64,000 nt of DNA, from NCBI GenBank assembly GCA_951406725.2, contig OX597825.1, positions 51,460,001 to 51,524,000 on the forward strand, read 5' to 3'. Below the pieces are notes generated by a model. It was not told where the DNA came from, did no database searches, and was given only the letters and a program-made list of their open reading frames with translations. The position numbers were made by a program, and so were the translations under genes. Position 1 is the stretch's first letter. Each line of letters begins with the position of its first letter. Of the stretch, positions 56,570 to 64,000 are shown in pieces. Source of the stretch: Octopus vulgaris. Lineage: Eukaryota.

Positions 56570-59483
56570 TTGCCTCTGCACATCTAACGCTGGAGATATA
56601 CCACAGTGTCAGCTGCTCATTACCAGTGAACTTATGTAAAAACCTTTTAGTTTTCGAGCACCTTCCGGGGTATTCGAGCGGTTCGAAGCAGTGCTGTTTT
56701 CTGCAAGTGTTTTACCCTTATTGCAGCACCCACTTATTCCATGTACTTCTCGAAATTTTACTCACTATTCTCAGGGATCCGACAATTATTGGTACCACTA
56801 CCACCTTTTTCATCGACCACAACTGATTTACCTCCCAAGCTCTGTCACACCGATCGACTTTTCTTTCTCCCTTATCGCATATGTCGTTGTTAGCTAGGCA
56901 TGCTATATTTATGATCCAGCATAGTTTACGTTCTCTCTCAATTAAGACTATGCCTGGCGTCTTATTTTCTAACTCATGGTTGCACTGAATCATAAAATCC
57001 CATAAAATCTTTGCATTTTTATTTTCGACGATGCCTTCAGGTTTGAGGTCGTACCAATTTTTTTCTTGTTGCAAAGCGTCCAATGTACAAGCCTAGCTAT
57101 ATTGTAGTAGCGTCTCCTATATTACTTCTGGGTTAGTTGCGTACATTGGCTGGTAATATGCAATACTGTTTCACCATTTTTTCTAGATATTCTGCACTTA
57201 TCACTTTCTGGTGTGTTGTCTGCTCTGTATTTAATGCAGATTGTTCTTAGTGCTTTCTCTTGGGGAGCACAAATTAGAGCCTCTGTTTCTGCTTTTAAAT
57301 CATTTTTAGTCATCCACGGCCATCTTTTTTTCTGTCTGTTGTATCTTCAAAATAAAGAAATTCTTTTCATTACCCACCTATATGACCGTGGCATTTCTAC
57401 ATACCATGCTATGTTAATTTCTTCTGTTCTGATGTTGTGTTCGCATCGAGTAAATTATCTTCCCCCTCATTTTCTTGGTACATATAGTCTGTATGTGTCA
57501 ATTTTGGAGTGGTGTGTCCCATATATAGTTAGCAACTTCCTGGTCTTTCTGTCTAAATTATTTATCTCGTCTACTGTTCATGCGATTACTCCTGCTCCAT
57601 ATCTAAGGAGTGAAACCGCACAGGTGTTGATAGCTTCAATCTTATTCCGTCCGTTTAATTTCGACTTAAGGATCAGTCTCAGTCTGCGCAATTGCTCCGC
57701 CTTAAATTTTTTTGTCCTTTCTTTCTCCTTCAATTTATCCATTTCCAAAATCTCCATCTCTTTTATCTGCTTCATAATCTCCCCCGACGATATCGTTAGC
57801 CCGTCCATACATTTGAGTTTGCCTCTCTTCAAGACTAACACACCACACTTTCTCAGTCCGAACACCATTCTGATATCAGCACTGACTTGGGAACTGACGT
57901 GTGCTTCATCATAAAGTTTGAGGTCATCCATGAATAACAAATTGGTTGTCGTTTTGTTGGCGGCTTTTGAGTACATACCCAGCATATTCTTTCCTCAGAA
58001 TCAGTGTTAGTGTTACCAAGCACAGTACAAAGATCAGTAGGGACAGGCAGTTCCTAGGAACATGCCTCTCCTAATTTCTACTGTCCCTAAAATTCTTCCG
58101 TATGCTGTCAGGTCCGTCCTCCAATTCACCGTACTTTTTCAAAGCAATCGCTCAATATTCGATGCAATACCAAATAGGTTCATACATTCCATTATCCAAG
58201 AATGTGGGATCATATCGTACGCCTTACGGTAGTCGATCCATGACATGGCTAATTTACTTTCCCTCCTCTTGTAGTCTCTAAGTACAGTTTTGTCTATCAT
58301 GAGTTGATCCCAGGTAACTCTACACTTACACTTCTTGATAGAATCCCTTCTGATCTACTCTGAATAACCTATTCTGGTAATAACCCTTCATTCTTTGGTC
58401 GTATCTTACCATGTTTGATTGCTTTGCAACGAGGCGCTGTTTCACTTCCTCCATTACCATACTCAGGCCCTCTCTTTCAATATTACACTTTATTTTCCGC
58501 GCCCTGTATCTTTGTTCGCTTTTATGCTTCCTTTTCTCTTTTCAGTTTAACACAGAGATTTCCTTCGAGAGCATGTCTAACTCTGCCTTTGTTCTTGTTT
58601 TCCACTATGGATCTTTTCTTTTGTCACTACCATTATGTTTCTTTTTCTTCATGTCAACACCCACGTTTTCTGCTGCAAAATACTTTCTCCCTTGATCAAA
58701 TTGTTTGTTTCTGTGACGTAGTTTTTTCAGATGTATTTCAGAATTTCAATGACATTTTTCGTTTCTTGGTTCAATGTCCATCGATCAACATTTTTAATAT
58801 TGCAAATAATGTGGCTATTGTTCTCCTGTAGTTTTGCCTTTTGTTCATCTGTCATGTCGCCATTAGTTTTATTTTCTTTTTGGTCATCTATATGTCTCTC
58901 ATCAAGTAAACTACCCCTGTTCCTTTCCTGTGCTATGAGATTACTATTATTAGTAAGACCTGTATTTTCATCGTTAACTCTGCTGCAATTTTCCAAGATC
59001 CATCTTTCGATAGGTTCTAGCTCTACTTCTGCCAACCAACGATTTTTCCTATTGCTCTAGCTTTTTCTCATAGTCTCTGTTCCGTGAATTGAAAAAATCC
59101 GTTTTCTCTCCAATGATCATATATACGTTTTCGGTAACCCGTAATTTGGGCACCATTTTCATCTACCAGGCTGCTCAAGTAGTAATACTCCATGAACACA
59201 GCATTAATTTGCTTGCTCCATCTATGCCATGTGTGGTGGTCCCTTTCTGGATATCGACAGGCTGGAACCGGACCAGAATCTATCAACCTGCCGGGTGCAA
59301 CACTGTCACCATCATTGGCTTCAGTTTTATTACCACCGTTATTCACAATATTTTGCTTTTTCATTGTCACTCATATGAGGTATCATTATTAAGTTGCGCA
59401 ATTACCAGTGTTTTTATTGTGACACCATCATTAGACGCATCATTGATCAGTCCGTGGGAGGCTCCACCCGTTTCCTTTCATCG
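56570..59483 (-). mobile_element. Near full-span, internally deleted R4/Dong-like element (second family)
   Basis: N-terminus RWSKQIN...GYRKRIYDHW...TEQRL; RT WIDYRKAYDMIPHSWI, LSLL, LLFMDDLKLY, FGLRKC; ETEALICAPQE, CRIS...ETVLHITSQC, KILWDFMIQC, VVVPIIVGSL, QKTALLRTARI. Confidence 0.92.
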
Positions 59484-60026
59484 TTATTATTATCATCACT
59501 GATATCAGTGATATTATTGTTTTTTATGTGTAGTGGCAGCAGTGTTGGCAGTAACAACAACAGTAGCAGGGGTCATGGTAGTTTGTAAATGTGGTAGTTG
59601 GGCCTTAGATTCCTGAGCTATCATAATACTAGTAGTTGTAGTATTAGCTGATGCAGCATATTATTATTACTTTTATTTTTATCATTATTTGCATCACTAC
59701 CACTACCACTGTTATCATTATTATTAAAAGATTTTACTAAATGTTCTTTATCTTCAACTTTTGTCTCGTACTTGAGATAATCATAAATATGTGGTTGCTG
59801 AAGGAAATAGTTGGGTAGCAGCTTGGCGAATAGATCATATTCTACAGGTCTATAAATAGATTCCGCAGATGGTGGGGAGGTCAGCAATAGAGACAAAAGA
59901 AACTTCGCACCGTTTGGGTCAGCAAAGATCAAATGTGTTTACTACTACCACTGACCACTGAGGGCGCTCTTTTGGCCTTGAAAAAAAGCAATTTAACCTG
60001 TTCTATTTGTAATTACTGGTAGAAAA

Positions 60027-60070
<44 letters not shown>

Positions 60071-61049
60071 TGATATTCACGTCGTTGAATCTTTGAATTT
60101 CTGAATTCAAATGTGTTGTTGCAATAAAAAGTGGGTATACGTATTTGGGTAATATATTAAAGTTTTTAATTATTCTTGAGATGTTCGTTTTTCTATCCAG
60201 TTGGAGAATGCAGTAGGACTTTTGCAATGGAAAGGATTTTTACATTTTCGAATACTCAGGGAGAGTCAAAAAGAAAAGGAAACAAGTCGTAAATAGTAAA
60301 GTTTTGAGATTTATTATATATGGTCTTTTGCATGAATGCACAGAAAGAAATGGTAGTATTCTAAGAATAAAAAGGTGGATGATGTTTAAATTTTCGAATA
60401 CTCAGGGAGAAAGGAAAGGATAGGTATTCACAGTAGTTGTAGACATAATCTTTTTTTTAATGCTGAGCTTGTGGATTCGAAAGCTGTAGGTATGTAAATT
60501 TCCTCACTTTGTTTTGTTTTGAGGAAGATTTAAAATATTCACAGAAACTAGTAGATATTCCAGTCTTTGGGAATAGTAGAAGGAAGAGATGTTCACCTTG
60601 TTGGAGTTTCAATTTCTGAATTTCTTTTTCTTTTTCTTTTGGAGTTTTTCTTTTCTTTTTAAAAGTGTTACTGTGCTTTAGTTTTTGTAGTTGTGCAGTA
60701 TGTATATATTAGTAGGTGCCTACTTCTTAAATTTTTTATCGTGCATTTAATTGTGTTGTTTCAATAAAATTCATGTTTACATATTCTATTAGTCAGGGAA
60801 GAAGGAAAGATAAAATGTTCACACAAAATTGGAGACTTAAATTTCTAAACTTTTTGAGGTGTTTGTTTGTATGTCCGTTCAGTGAAAACTGTGGTGTTTT
60901 TTGCAATAAAGAGAATGTTTACATTTTGGAATATTCAGGTAAAAAGGAACGGAAAGAAAAGGAAAAAAAAGTTTTTGCGGAGAATGTTGTAGATATTAAG
61001 GTTTTTAAATTTACTGGAAAGTGTCAACTGTTCACAGCTGCAAATTCCA

Positions 61050-61168
61050 CATATGTCGACTTCTTCCCTTCGAGGTCAATAAAATAAATATCTGTTGAAT
61101 ATTGTTGTCGTTAAAATAGACTAAATCGCCCATTTAATATTTCTGGCCTTACACCAAAATTCGAAAGA

Positions 61169-61246
<78 letters not shown>

Positions 61247-61290
61247 GTTGTTGTTGTTGTTGTTGTTGTTATTATTATTATTATTATCAA
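61050..61290 (+). mobile_element. SINE (second family) 3' part with expanded (ATT)n/(GTT)n tail
   Basis: GTCGACTT...CTTCGAGGTCAATAAAATAAATA...GGCCTTACACCAAAATTCGAAAGA(ATT)n. Confidence 0.65.
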
Positions 61291-62934
61291 TATTAATGTT
61301 GTTGTTGCTGTTGTTGTTATCATTATCTTTGGTCTTTTTGCCATACTAGCACTTTCTGTATCTTCCTAACCAGTCCACATATTTGTGATCTCTACCATGT
61401 TACCAACATTTGATAAATGATGTTGTAATCTAGCGATGGCGTTTGTGCTGAAAATCATAGCTCATTCTTATTTCCGATAGTTTCCACATTGGTTCGATTA
61501 TCTTTCAGGTCACAAGTATAAATGAACCAAATTCTACTTGGAAATATTCCTTTATAACCTCTTCCCACCTCATAATTCTTCTCTTTTCAAACACATAACT
61601 CTGTTCTATTCTCTATCAATTGTTCCTAGTTTTCTGCATCAAGTTATATTATTCAACGCAGATTACTGCTTATACTTATAGTTTATTTCATTTATCCTCT
61701 ATGTATGTATCTCTATAGCTTTATCTTCCGATAACGTTATTCGTTTTACAATTTGAATCATTGAAATATTGTGGATTCATGCTCGTCAGTCAATCAATAT
61801 AAGTTTACATATGAGTGATTTTTTTCTTACCTTATTGATACTCTCTTGCCGCGCTTAGACATTAATCTTGTGCTTCTGAGAAAACTATTGATCCCAATCT
61901 GGCCTCAATCTGTTCAATCTAATACATCGTCGTCGTATTATCTCTGTATTGACGGTTCAGCTAGCCAGTTTATCCTTTCGGTTCTATTTCTAGCTACGAT
62001 ATATTCTGTCTTCACGTCTATCAGATATCTTCCCGTATCGCTGTTGTCATGGATCGAAATACATTTCAGTTGTTTCACTTTAAGTTCAAAGTGATACTAT
62101 GGAGTCTTAAGAAGTGTAATGGAATGAAAAAAAAACACAGTTATTAAAATATTACGGTTGATTATGATGGATAGTGAAATATGGCCTTCATTTATCGACT
62201 TTCTGTGAACGACAAACCTGGAAAAAGTCCGAAATTACGTCATAGTTTCTTTGTACAGAAACCTAATTCGCCTAAAATGACTGTGGTTATAACAACTTTA
62301 TCTTAATACTGAAGTTTTGTAAAAATAGGGATTTCTGTAAACATCGTTTGACAGATGTTATTTTACGATAAAAAAATAGTAACTGTTTAACAATATCAAT
62401 ATTAAAATACAATGATGAGGATCAATACCAATACTGATTAAATTGTGAAATGTTTCTTTATATTTTCTACGAATTAATTCAGTAATTCAGTTTTAAGTAT
62501 TCTATATCAGTTTCACGAATATTGTTATCTCACCATTTTTTTTATCAATTATCTGTCTTTGAGTAATAATTGTGGAGTACACAATAAAATATTAGAGTAT
62601 ATTATATACCTAACGAGTATAATCTATATTAGTACTGCAGGTTATATACCAGTAACTATAAAATATATCAGTAGTGTATACTGTATGCCAGCAGAGAATA
62701 TACAGACCAGTAGACTATATTACATGCGAGCAGAGTGTAGAAAAAACTGTCGAGTATATAGCAAATACATACGAATGGGATAGAATATATAATAAATCCA
62801 AATATTATAAATACAAAATATATATTTTCAATGTTTACAATATACTATTAGTGTAGTATAGACCGAATAGAAGTAAGATTATTAGTAGAGCGTAATACAC
62901 CCGTATAACAGGCTGCAATCTGCCACAATCGTTA

Positions 62935-63427
62935 GCACGCACATGTTCAATTCAGACGTTAGGATTGCTTATACGGACCCACACGACAGACCAATAGCAT
63001 CATATCAGTAATTACGTTGATTGTCCTCCGACAATACTTATGCACAAGCTGATAGGTTTTCTCCACATTTCCTGTGCTGACACTCGTGGCAGGTTTTCCA
63101 GATATGTTTTTCGCTTTTGAAGTGCCCGTGCCACTCAAAGCTTGCCGAAGAAGGCTCAATGCCTCTGTAGTAAACTTCTCGAGTTTAACGCAACATTTCA
63201 CGTTGGCACTTTGTTCAAACTTCCTGTCCATGACAAAATCGCAGACTACAGTATACACGTGATCACAAAAATACATATTTCACAACTTGCGACGTAAACA
63301 CAGCAATGTCACTCGGCACACTACCTAATGAAGGTCACTGCTAGCTCTCACTGCGCACACAAGCGTATGCTGCAAACCGCTGGCGTGCTACAGAACTTGT
63401 ATGGGGACTATTTGATATCACCTCGTA
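62935..63427 (-). mobile_element. mariner 5' portion (TIR and HTH region)
   Basis: TIR TACGAGGTGATATCAAATAGT; MDRKFEQSANVKCCVKLEKFTTEALSLLRQA matches the mariner N-terminus EQRANIKFCVKLGKSATET. Confidence 0.8.
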
Positions 63428-63532
63428 CGAGTGTAGTTAGATCATATGCCAGTTGAATTATATAATATATACCCGTAGAGTATATTATATATCAATAGAT
63501 ATATGAGTAGAATATATTGGTTTCAAATATAT

Positions 63533-63697
63533 TGGTATCAAATTTTGGCAGAAGGCCAGCAATTTCGGAGTAAGGGATAAGTACATTGATACTTATTTTA
63601 TTGGACCTGAAATGATGAAAAGCAAAGTGTATCTCGGCGGAATTTGAACTCAAAATTTTGCTTGGCGTGCTAACGATTCTGCTAGTTTGCCGCCTTA
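63533..63697 (-). mobile_element. SINE, second family
   Basis: TTGGTATCAAATTTTGGCAGAAGGCCAGC...GGAATTTGAACTC...CTAACGATTCTGCTAGTTTGCCGCCTTA. Confidence 0.75.
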
Positions 63698-64000
63698 TAG
63701 AAATATATTATATTTTGTATTAGTAGAATACATTATATACCAGTAGCATAGAAACTGGACAGTAATTTTGAGGTGTATCGAATATCTTCAACGCGGGATT
63801 CAGTTGCTATCTATTTGAAGATTGTGGTAGAGTAAACATCGGTGGTAGGCGTTTGAAGACAGGCATAAGTTGACAATATTTCTGGTAAAGAATATCATAT
63901 GCTAAGAATAGTTGCTGGAGTAGATGTAATAAGAAACTAACTTCTTATAGGTTGGGAGACGGAATATTTTGCTGGCATTTTGTTGTTCCATCTAAACACA

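Noticed and set aside
59380-59483. Possible HDV-like ribozyme in the Dong 5' UTR
   Set aside because: Only a CCUCCCAC loop-like word is present; the nested pseudoknot helices could not be built.

Overview
AT-rich, microsatellite-saturated eukaryotic DNA with no intact host protein-coding gene. It is most likely intronic or intergenic sequence of a cephalopod (Octopus-like); this is inferred from the SINE families and the (TA)n/(CA)n/(ATT)n load. Almost all long ORFs in the track are microsatellite artefacts. The real content is decayed mobile elements: a Tx1/L1-like LINE, CR1-like and RTE LINE fragments, three mariner fragments, two hAT remnants, a Helitron with both termini, several tRNA-type SINEs, at least six Penelope-like element (PLE) pieces sitting in (TA)n tracts, and a stack of R4/Dong-like RLE retrotransposons in (TAA)n. 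The most notable signal is a set of hammerhead ribozyme (HHR) motifs tied to the PLE ends. One is a near-canonical type I HHR inside an ORF-less 138-bp unit arranged as a partial tandem plus a 5' inversion (27370-27610), which looks like a very small PLE-mobilised retrozyme. There are also two locally templated insertions, a 546-bp non-coding element in the Dong array, and a GC-rich chimeric retrocopy. All family assignments come from manual motif reading; no searches were run.
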